Positions 37,401 to 49,400 of a stretch of DNA of 64,000 nucleotides are shown here, piece by piece. This stretch comes from Antedon mediterranea (Eukaryota > Animalia > Echinodermata). Location of the stretch: the NCBI RefSeq assembly GCF_964355755.1, contig NC_092673.1:992001-1056000 (forward strand). Reading direction: 5' to 3'. Made by a program: the position numbers and the translations under genes. The notes below the pieces were generated by a model, which searched no databases, had not been told where the DNA came from, and worked only from the letters and a program-made list of their open reading frames with translations. The first letter of the stretch is position 1, and every line of letters begins with the position of its first letter.

Positions 37401-40400
37401 GACAGCTCTCTCTACTCAATTACATTTCTTATGAAAATAAAAGGCACATTGTGTGTTAAAGATGTAAATATCTTTTGTATAGCTGTTGCCTAATTTATAC
37501 AATATTGTAGCCTTTAAGTTTGTTGTTTCTTATACAAAAACAAATTATGCAAATTTAAACATAAAGAAGTGAATGTTAAGATGTGCAGAAGGTAGATAAA
37601 ATAAATAAGTTTGAAAATTATTGCCTTTCTCATGACCAAGTTTATACATTTAATTGCATATTGATTGTATTACTTACAGACGAAATTAAAGAATTAGAGG
37701 AATGAAAATTAATAAATAACATGACAGTGGACATTAGTGGCACAATACTGCAATGAAAAACCACAAGTGTTTCCTCTGACTAGTTCATTAAAGCTTTCCA
37801 AAATGTATTTCCATGGGGCAACATTATTGGACAATGCAGCCAGAAATATTGAATGTGATATGTAATAACATTTATCAATCTGGCCTCTGATGTTTTAAGA
37901 ACGCTGACCATGTGTTTTCGATTTCACGCTGTAGAGACTGTAGCTGGCCGTGCGTTTTGTCAAAGTTGTCGGCGCAAGATCAGTTTTAATTTAATTTATG
38001 TTTTTTTATTGTGTGGTTTATGAATATATTTAGGTCACTTGTTGAAAATATTGCTTTTGTTTATTTAATGATTTAATTGTAAATTCGATATGAATTCTTC
38101 ATTATTCTGTTTCTTGGACTGCACTGTGTGTTGTGAGTGCCACCGACTGCACTGTGTGTTGTGAGTGCCACCGATTGCATGGCAAACAAATAAGTAGATA
38201 TAATTACGACTTGTGGTAACTCTACCGTTGGGACTGGTATGGGTTTGAATAAGCGTATGATATTTTTTAGTGGCTTTTTTTAGAATATGACAAATGTTTG
38301 AGTCATTTTTCTTACAATTTGCATTTTTTTCTTTTGTAGACAATTTTTACATATTTTCTGTCCAAATTATTGCCTTATGACTTTGTAGATTTCTTAATGC
38401 TGTTAAATAGGGGAGTATACCCAAAGAGACTTAAAATACTCATCACTTGTCTTATATAACAACATACACACCTGTGTTATCGGATCATCTATAATAATTT
38501 GGACCAATACCAACATCACCTGACATGACTTTGGAAAATAAACGCTTGATTTCAAGAGTAGTACGTGTGTATATACTCGTCCATCCAGTTGTTGCAATGC
38601 GTAACACATTTTTCCGCAATCTACGGTCCTCGATGAGATTAACCAGACTACTAGAATATATTGTTGAGGAGGGTGGGGCCGATAAAAGAAGAGTTTCTTG
38701 TTTCTTGCAAACATTCTGCCTACTAAATTGATTTAAATTTCATTTTAAAAAGTATTTTTATTCAACCATTACTTTTTTGCTATTGTTTTATCTTTGATTT
38801 TCATCTTCAATTTTTTTTTTTTATGAAATATTTTATTCGACAATAAAATTGTTTATTGAAAATACTTGTTGAAAATACAAATTGATTGACTAAGCAAAAG
38901 AAAGTTGTTTATAAAAAGGCAGTCTATTGTCAGTGTTCCAGGAAAGTGGGTGCCATTTATTATAAATTAAACTTCTTGGAAAATAATTTACTAAAGGAAA
39001 TGGGGCACAAATGGATAGCCTGTAACATTTGAATATGTGAAGTTAATAGTTTCAACAATTTGACCTTAGTAAACCTTTATGTATAGATTTTATTTAATAA
39101 TACAGATAAGTAACCCCTTAAATGGTCTCTCCATTCTCTAGACAGTACAATAGAAAGAGAAACCTGTATGCCCTTTACTGATTGGTGTAAGTAAAACTTG
39201 GGCCAAGTTTAGGAAGAGCACCTACCTAGACCTTTATCTATAAACACTTCTATATAAATAAAACATTGGGTAGTCTTTAGGCAATCAAAGATGGATTCTC
39301 GATTGCAAAACTTTCACTGATTTAATTATTTCCTTGTCAGTTCTATTCGGAATGTATTCAAAAATAAAATTCGCTAATTGTTTGCATGTGTTAGACATTT
39401 TTTAGGCTATGTTTTATAGTGCGAATACTACTCATTCAGTGTTCATGTTTTAAAAGTCAGTTTGCACACATGAATTAACATTGATTTTGAACACATCTTC
39501 GACAGTTGTTCTATTCTGTTGTCAATTAGGTCATCATATAGCTACATATACTGTTTTGACTGATTTATGTTCTTAAACGGTATATTGCGGAAAATGGTAT
39601 TGGACCATAAATAAGCACTGTAAGTTAAGTAACTATGACAACAGTGTGACCCTTTTCCCGCTCTCGTTGCTGCGCTTGAACAGTTGCGAATTGAGTTTCT
39701 GCAGATGTTACTGGTCCGTAATGATTTCTTAATTTGATCATTATTTCTTTTCTACAGGCAAAAGGAACACAGAAGAAAAAAGGAGGAAAACCACAGACCA
39801 TACAGGAAATTAAGGATGACATAGCAAAGGTAAACAGATTATATTATTGGCCGGCTAGGTTGTGCGCGTCGTGCGCTGCCCTCTCTTTGTGTGGGTCGGG
39901 GACCCCTTGCATTTGACACCTGTGAGTCGAGGTAATCGTGCGGACAGATCGCGTTGCATTTGTGGCGAAGTCATTAAGAAAGTCAAGAGAGTTCACACTT
40001 GGAAAAAAATTAAGCAACCTACCAATTGCGAGTCTGTTAGAACTTTTCAAAACGTGAAACGGTTAAAGAAAACCAGACAAAGCTGTATACTTTGTTCAAC
40101 CTTTTAAGAAATGTTTTGACTCTGTAAAACATGAATCGTATTGTTCAACCGTTTACGTTCAATTGCACCTCATTTTTGCATTGGCAATCTTCCAGTAAAT
40201 GAAGAACACAGTTTGAATAACTAAACTACAAATCAGAATAACAAATTTATGTAATTTGATGTTTTTGCTAATATATACATTAATCCAGTATTTTATGTAT
40301 CTTATGTTGGCATCCTTTGCAAAAATTCAAATAATTGTGTGCGATCTGTTAAAAGTGAAGAGGGCCTGGGGGCAATAGGTTTAGTTATAACTACGATATA

Positions 40401-43400
40401 ATCTACTCTGATAACTGGTGAGAGGTCTAGTTTTTATAAACCAATACTTGTTACATTCATGATCAATTTGAATAAAAAAAACATTCACGAAAGTTGATAA
40501 TCGCAAATCTTGCCAACCAACAATGACAAACGGGTGTGTAGACATTATGTCGCCATGATACTTTCTCGTGATGAATCTGCAATTTTTGCTGTGTGGCAGT
40601 TTGTGCAGACTGGACGAGCGGTAGATCATCGTTCAGGATGACATAATTTTACACTTTCAGGTCTTTGGCCTTCTTTCTGCCAATACATGTGATAAAAAAA
40701 ATAGGTTGGTTCGCGGAAAATGGTCAAAATTAGCTGTTGAAGACTTCCCTTCTATAAATTATTCCTTTCACAAATTATTATCATCAATTGTTTAACCTTT
40801 TAGGAAAAATTGTAGTTTTAGATTTTTTGGTTGAACTAAGTAATTTGTTTAAATGTAGAATATTTTTAGGACAAGTTTTTTCTTTCATATTATTATGACA
40901 ATCAAATGAAAATTACAGTAGTATACATCCTGGCTAGAACTCTGATCATGAGTACTCCAATTAATATTAATCTTGCATTACATTAAAAAAAATTAATTGA
41001 ACAAGACTAATCCCATTGGAATATACTTCCCTAAAATTCAACATTATTCAGATGTGACCTAGAAGATTGTTAGAGGCGTGTCACTATAGCTGATGACACC
41101 AGGCAATACTATGGCGGAAACAAGATTACAACGAGTAATTCATTTACAGTATTGTATGCAATTTATTTGCCTGTTTATGGTGGATTCGTAATGTTGAATG
41201 CAATATATCTATTGATTGAAGTAGTTTCACTTGGGTATTTTGTTTGAAATTAGGCTTTCGATGCCCTGTCGATTATTGTCTATCCATTTGTCAGTTGCAT
41301 TTCTGAAAGGGATGTTTGTCTGCTACTTGTGTTCTCTGATAAGTGTGATTAGTCCGCAAACTTGCGAACCACGTCCCAAATGGGAGACATCGCACTTGGA
41401 TTAATCAAGCTAAGCATTGGAACCGCTTGTAGCATACGCGCATGCTCTCACCCACTAGGGACAGCATACGCGCATGCTCTCCCCAACCACTAGGGAATTA
41501 TTTTGTCGGTTTCCTGAGAGTTTGCCAGAAATCCTTAAGGAATCGTTACACTTGTGCACTAGCATGGAAAAGGCAAGTCCTTAGGAATCATCTACAATAT
41601 ATGGAAATTGCTAAGATTTAGGTCACTAGCCATTTATACAGCACAATTGTGTAAAAAAAAATTGTTTACATTTTTGAAAAAGTTGTCGGTGACCATGAGT
41701 CAGTTTCTATTAAAAGTTTAGAAGAAAGCTCCTTCTGTATTATTATTATTTATTAGTTTTGTAAGGGATTTTTTTAATGAAAATTTTGGTAAAATACTTA
41801 TTTGCGACAGATGCATTTTTTTTAGACTTAACTAATTTCAAGTTAGCTGACCGTAAGGCCTGTACTTTATGAATTCCAAAAGTGAGGCTTCATCACTATC
41901 AAATCAAGAGGTACTAATAAAAAAATCTATAATGTTCAACACAATGGATGTAAATATTATTGCTCTTTAACTGAGGCATATTACATGTTTGTAGCTAGTT
42001 TGTGATGCTCTTACTGAGGCATATTACATGTTTGTAGCTAGTTTGTGATGCTCTTACTGAGACATATTACATGTTTGTAGCTAGTTTGTGATGCTCTTAC
42101 TGAGGCATATTACATGTTTGTAGCTAGTTTGTGATGCTCTTACTGAGGCATATTACATGTTTGTAGCTAGTTTGTGATGCTCTTACTGAGGCATATTACA
42201 TGTTTGTAGCTAGTTTGTGATGCTCCTACTGAGGCATATTACATGTTTGTAGCTAGTTTGTGATGCTCTTACTGAGGCATATTACATGTTTGTAGCTAGT
42301 TTGTGATGCTCCTACTGAGGCATATTACATGTTTGTAGCTAGTTTGTGATGCTCTTACTGAGGCATATTACATGTTTGTAGCTAGTTTGTGATGCTCCTA
42401 CTGAGGCATATTACATGTTTGTAGCTAGTTTGTGATGCTCTTACTGAGGCATATTACATGTTTGTAGCTAGTTTGTGATGCTCTTACTGAGGCATATTAC
42501 ATGTTTGTAGCTAGTTTGTGATGCTCCTACTGAGGCATATTACATGTTTGTAGCTAGTTTGTGATGCTCTTACTGAGGCATATTACATGTTTGTAGCTAG
42601 TTTGTGATGCTCCTACTGAGGCATATTACATGTTTGTAGCTAGTTTGTGATGCTCTTACTGAGGCATATTACATGTTTGTAGCTAGTTTGTGATGCTCTT
42701 ACTGAGGCATATTACATGTTTGTAGCTAGTTTGTGATGCTCTTACTGAGGCATATTACATGTTTGTAGCTAGTTTGTGATGCTCTAACTGAGGCATATTA
42801 CATGTTTGTAGCTAGTTTGTGATGCTCTTACTGAGGCATATTACATGTTTGTAGCTAGTTTGTGATGCTCTTACTGAGGCATATTACATGTTTGTAGCTA
42901 GTTTGTGATGCTCCTACTGAGGCATATTACATGTTTGTAGCTAGTTTGTGATGCTCTAACTGAGGCATATTACATGTTTGTAGCTAGTTTGTGATGCTCC
43001 TACTGAGGCATATTACATGTTTGTAGCTAGTTTGTGATGCTCCTACTGAGGCATATTACATGTTTGTAGCTAGTTTGTGATGCTCCTACTGAGGCATATT
43101 ACATGTTTGTAGCTAGTTTGTGATGCTCTTACTGAGGCATATTACATGTTTGTAGCTAGTTTGTGATGCTCTTACTGAGGCATATTACATGTTTGTAGCT
43201 AGTTTGTGATGCTCTTACTGAGGCATATTACATGTTTGTAGCTAGTTTGTGATGCTCTTTAACTGAGGCATATTACATGTTTGTAGCTAGTTTGTGATGC
43301 TCTTACTGAGGAATATTACATGTTTGTAGCTAGTTTGTGATGCTCTTTAACTGAGGCATATTACATGTTTGTAGCTAGTTTGTGATGCTCTTACTGAGGC

Positions 43401-46400
43401 ATATTACATGTTTGTAGCTAGTTTGTGATGCTCTTTAACTGAGGCATATTACATGTTTGTAGCTAGTTTGTGATGCTCTTTAACTGAGGCATATTACATG
43501 TTTGTAGCTAGTTTGTGATGCTCTTACTGAGGCATATTACATGTTTGTAGCTAGTTTGTGATGCTCTTTAACTGAGGCATATTACATGTTTGTAGCTAGT
43601 TTGTGATGCTCCTACTGAGGCATATTACATGTTTGTAGCTAGTTTGTGATGCTCCTACTGAGGCATATTACATGTTTGTAGCTAGTTTGTGATGCTCTTA
43701 CTGAGGCATATTACATGTTTGTAGCTAGTTTGTGATGCTCTTACTGAGGCATATTACATGTTTGTAGCTAGTTTGTGATGCTCTTACTGAGGCATATTAC
43801 ATGTTTGTAGCTAGTTTGTGATGCTCTTACTGAGGCATATTACATGTTTGTAGCTAGTTTGTTACTAGTCATCCCCAGTCACTTGGCCAACAACGAGGCT
43901 AGGACGGCCTTTTCTGAAACATAAGTGCCTACTCGCTAATTATTTTTTTTCATTTTGTGGTTTTACATTTTTTATTTCCCATTCATAAACTTTCAAGTTC
44001 AAATTATTTTTAGACAGAGATCAGATCAACACGGGGGTTGTTTTTCCCTGGGGTCTAAAATTTAATTTACAAAAATCACACATACGGAAAAAAGAAATAA
44101 GTGTGCGGATGAGACCCTATTATTTTTGAAAAACAAATTTTCGCCTCTTAACCTGTAAATCGAGACCCAAAGTCTGGGGTTTAAATTGACGTACTTTTCC
44201 ATGCAAGCCCAATTACGTTCTTAAAAGTTTTAAATATTTAAATATGAATGGGATTTATTCTTAGAATACAGAAGACCTTCAAAAGATAACATTAAAATTA
44301 CAATTTCTAAATATGTATTTTATTTTGTTAAAATCTTTAAAACATTTTCCAAAAACATACTAAACATGTGACAGATAATTACAATTGTAATTGCTTAAAT
44401 AGTTTGTAACTAATTTTGTTCTTTCTAAATATAGATATAAAGTCTCTAAAGACATAAAAATGAATTCCAAATGTTTGTGGGTCAGGTTTAATCTAAGATT
44501 GTCATGCACTGCCTAATTACGATTTTAATGACCATAATTAATGGAAGAAATCTTGTTAGTTGTTTGAATGGTTTATCTGGATTCAAATCAAAATCAGTGT
44601 GTATTAAAACATGCTGTACACAATTGAATGTGACTCGGGTCTCAACAGCCAAACTGTAAAGTTCAAACTTTAAACATGCAATTTATCTGATATATAATTA
44701 TTATTAAGTATGTACTTGATAGGTCATGTAGTTTCACTTTGTCAAGAAACATAACATCTCACTGTAGTTGGAGATCCAGTGGCCATATTCACCGATCATA
44801 ATTAAGTGAGACATTTCCCTTAAATATTAAGTATTCACTTAAGTCAATAAATATTTAAGTATTTCCCTCAAATTTTATTCACTTGGATAGATGATTTGTT
44901 TTATTATTGAGGGTGTGTTTCCCTTACCCTAAGTGTAAATGGTGAATACGGTCACAAGATTTTGAAATAAGGCAGGGCCTAAAAAACGTAAAATGATAGT
45001 GCTGAAATTTTGAATTTTATGTTCTATTTTTTGCATTATAATTTTCAAAATGCCGGATTGCACTCCACTTAAAGGGTTGGGTTGGGTTGGGTTGGGTTGG
45101 GTTGGGTGTACCAGAGTATATTTACAATTCAAAATGTGAAGTGAGACATGACGCATAATGCCACTCCCATCCAACATATTAAGTCTTTATTCATTGTAAT
45201 ATTTCATTTGGCTTCATTTATACAATTTGAAATTATGCATGTGCGTTTTAAGAGGCCTTAACTCCAGCCACATGGATTTAACTACCACCACATGTATGCA
45301 AATTAAAATATTCTTAGACTTGCTATATTGATTAAGTAGACATTTAATATTTCCAGTTAATTTTAAAAATTTCTAAGCTAGCTAACCAGGTGAGCTGGTT
45401 ATGATTTAAAAACAAAAGTGTTCAGAGTAGCGTCATGTGACTTACCCAGTTGTCATTGTTGATTATTAATTTGCTACCCTAGTGAGAGTCTTTTTTTTTT
45501 TAATATCGAGGAAGTTTGAAGTGTTGATAAATGTCAAACCAATTAAACCGCTTCAATTTTTTTACTTGTCAAAAATTGCTAAGGAATAGAATAGAACCGT
45601 CCTGCACATAACAGTAATTTGGTATTTAACAAAGTTGTTGCAAGATGCTAATTTAGTTAATTAATAAATTAATCACATTTATTATTATTTTTACGGACAA
45701 ACAAAACATAAATTTAATTTTCCAGGATGCATGCTACAAAGAGATGGATATGATTTTGTTGTAAAAAAACATTTCCTATCCTATGGGTGATACAAGTATA
45801 AATAGATTTTGTAGGTGAACCCTGCCAAGCACTTTCATAATATTTCCTAATGTACTGTATGCTTCTTGCATTTTCGTCAGTAAAGAAAACAAGGATATTA
45901 AATTTTATTAACTTTTTCTTCACTTTATTTTAAAATTCTATGACGATAATCTGAAACCTCTCGTTAATCTTAACCGCCTATCAGCGCGAATCATCGTGCG
46001 AACAATCCGAAACCAATCAAAAGCTTCATTGTCAACTCACAGACCTACCAAATTATCTATTCTACTCATAATTTAATCATTTTTTGACGTGAATACCCAT
46101 CAAAGAAATGGTAGCCATGGTCCAATACCTCTGACATAAAAACTGTTACATTGAACTCTTGTGGTCTGTAGTATAATAGATAGATAATCAATCTGGATTT
46201 AGTAATCAACTTTGTAAATGCTTTGCTAGGCTGCCGCTTTATATAATAAATACATTTATTCCTAGACTGATTGACATAATTAGATTTTAATGCAATACAG
46301 TTTCCCTATTGTACTTCTACTTTTATGTAGTTGACTGTGTGTTGTAATAATTTTTTTTTTTATTTAGTCGCCTGGCAAGCCTAAAAAAGAGGTGAAATTC

Positions 46401-49400
46401 TTCAATTACATCAAGAATACTTACCGAGTGACGGATCAACAGGTAACATTGATTTTATGTTTAAAAATTTGTCTAAAAAAGCCACTTAACATTTAACAAG
46501 AATGCATTTTGAAATGTTTTCTTCATTATTACAAACTATGACATGGTTGACTGACTTATCAAACTTATTGGTATCTGCTGCCACCTGTGCATAATGTAAC
46601 CCCTGACAACTGTTAGCAGTATCTGTTGGCCACACCTGTGGTCTTCTTCATTAGATGATATTGGCCAATCAAATTACAGTGTCTGTCATCTTTATTGAAT
46701 ATCGTTGTTCAATCGAGTTGCTGTTTAATAGTTTGATCGGCTTTACTTTTTAGAAAAATCATTTGGCCAACGAACTAGAACAAAGTAAAAAAAAAGTAAA
46801 TTGAACGTTTTAGTAAAATAGTAAGTTTATTCAAAATATCTGAATTCACATAACCAGTTGATGGAGACCACTGACTTTAAAGTTTTTTTAAAGAATTCTA
46901 GTTAGTAATTTTGTTAATTTATTTGATAAATCGATAGAGCTTTCTTTTTCTTCTCACCACAACTATTTTATATTCAAATGCAATATCAGTTTTCAAGCTG
47001 TAGATAGTAAGGTGTAGTGTTATAGAGTTTCAACATCGTTCAGACTATATTACCAACTTATTTATTCCTAATTGGTGAATAACAAGAACAATCTATTCCC
47101 TGAAACACGCCATTAACACTACTTTCATTCAATACATTGTTGAGGAATTAAAAGGCAAAAAGCAGACAATTCTTTCATTCGACCGCAAGGAAGTTTGCTT
47201 TGGGTATAGTTTTATAGAGTTAATTTGCTTTAGAAATAATGATAAAGGTGTTTTATTGTTGATGAATCAAGCTTAATAAGGCCATGTATTTATGCATTGT
47301 CAAACAGTCCGGCTTTTGTGTTGTTGAAAATTGACACAAATTCTAAAGGAATTTTGCTTTTCAATTCTTGTAAGGTTTACACAATGTGGGGTTGTTACAA
47401 ATAGAAAAACATCTAATATATGGAATGTTACGATTAACAAAGACTAATTACTGGCATTAGGCAGTTAGGCACTACATATAACAATGATGAAGGGGATAGG
47501 GGCTACACTTAGCAATGATGAAGGGGATGGTGCTACACATAGCAATCGGTGGTTTAATGATTATGAGCGCTCACTGGCTAAACCCAGGGGTCCCGGAGCT
47601 TCTGGCGGCCCCTGAGCAGTGTCCAAGGGGGAAAAACAGGCATTAAAACATTTCGTAAAAGGCTAAAAACGTCCAAGGCCTCCAGCCACTTAGAATTCCT
47701 AAACTCTGCATTACGTCACTGATGGTAGGACTACGTGCTGTACATAGCAATGATGAAGTGGATGATTGGGCTTATGCTACAACTAGCAACATTTAAAAGA
47801 ACGATAGGATTGAAGATGGTTGCTAGGAGTGTGCTTACAACATCAAATTAATCAATAATCAATTTCCACAAAAAAAGTTGAACTGAACTGTGCAGTATTT
47901 CTAAAATGTGTGCTACTGTCTGTTGCATTGTATAGACAAAATTATGGTTTTTGAAATGAACAGTCTGAAGAAGGAAATGCTAACTTGTCAAGCGTATCAT
48001 GGCGTTAAGATTTAGGATAAGACATTTCCCTTGCGGGGAACGGCATAGGAGAAAAAAAAACAGCTCAAAAGGTGAACGAAGCAATTGATTGTTGTGCATT
48101 GTTCGTTGAGCCGTATGTGTAAATATTAGTGATTCTAGCATGACAATTCACAGTTGCTTATCTCTTGACACTGATAACGATCAGTTACATTTAACAACTA
48201 ATTGCCGTGAAAGTTAACAAAAAGCACTTTAAAGGCAGAAAAAGTTAATTAATTTCTAACAAAGTTTGGCTGAAGTCACCTCCAGTCATTGACACCTATA
48301 CCTCCAAAGTTGAAGGGTACACAGTAGGATCTGAACCCGCTTGTTCATATTCTTTGAGAGTTATTTCGTCCTTTCATAACGTTAAACATTAACCTATTCA
48401 AATGCTATTTTTAAAATGTGGTATAGTAATTTATTATGAGGTGATATGTTTACAATTGAAGATGTTATTTAGGGTTAATTAATCGGGATTAGTTAATAAA
48501 GTAGGACCACAAATTATTATGATTTTCAAAGTTGTACAATTGAGTTAAAAATCTAGCGGTAATAATTTATAATTAATGGTTAGAAATAAGTTGCGAAAGT
48601 CTCTCATGAACTTTATACACCATAAGGATGGCTTTATGTTAAATAGCCTGAGGGCTCTGCCAAGAGTGGTGTTTAAAAACTAAGAACTTAACTAAGTTCT
48701 CACTGGGGTTATGCTCTTCAAAGTTTTACAAAGATACTGGAGGACCAGTGGCCATATTCACCGTTCACACTTGGACTAGGGGAACACCTATCCTTAAAAT
48801 TAAAAAAATCTCCTCTCTAAGTGAATACAATTTAAGGGAAATACTTAAATACTTATTGAGTTAATTGAAAATACTTAATATTTTAGGGGAAATATCTCAC
48901 TTTAAAGTGCAGGTCTCATTGAGGTTGTGCTCTTATAAAGTTTACACAGAAGACTCTGGGGTCATGTGCAGGTACAGTGTACGCAATGATTGGGGTTAGT
49001 TCATAGATAATGCTTGTTCTAAGCAGGAAATACTAGTGTCTATTGGTAGCAATAAGAAGTATTAAAAGGAGTAAGACATTCACACTAGTGTCTGCTTTAA
49101 TTACCTTTCAGTTTCCTCTTGCGCTAATTATAATTAAGACGGTCGTACGATAAGTTGAATAATAGTGTGAACACGTAATTACAATTGATAAAATGAGTGC
49201 ACCTTTAGATAGGATAATGCGAGGGGTGAATGACCGGTCCGGTTTACACCTCACCTTCTCTACAAATAGGGTTCATTCGAATATTTCTCTATAGTGTCTG
49301 AATACTTCATCGGCTTATCGAAAGAATTTTTACTTTAATTTTCAATGGTATTTATTCCAGTCATAATTGTGATCATTAAAAGACTTAACTATTGATTGTT

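Noticed and set aside
38403-38731. ORFs with a faint RT-like segment (EYFKSLWV vs FKYLGV)
   Set aside because: Too degenerate to support; at most an old LINE fragment.
41060-41130. Hammerhead-like CTGATGA...GAAA
   Set aside because: Stem II lacks the G-C closing pair and stems I and III do not form convincingly.
45074-45107. Interstitial telomere
   Set aside because: The unit is GGGTT, not the TTAGGG expected for deuterostomes, and it is only 34 bp.
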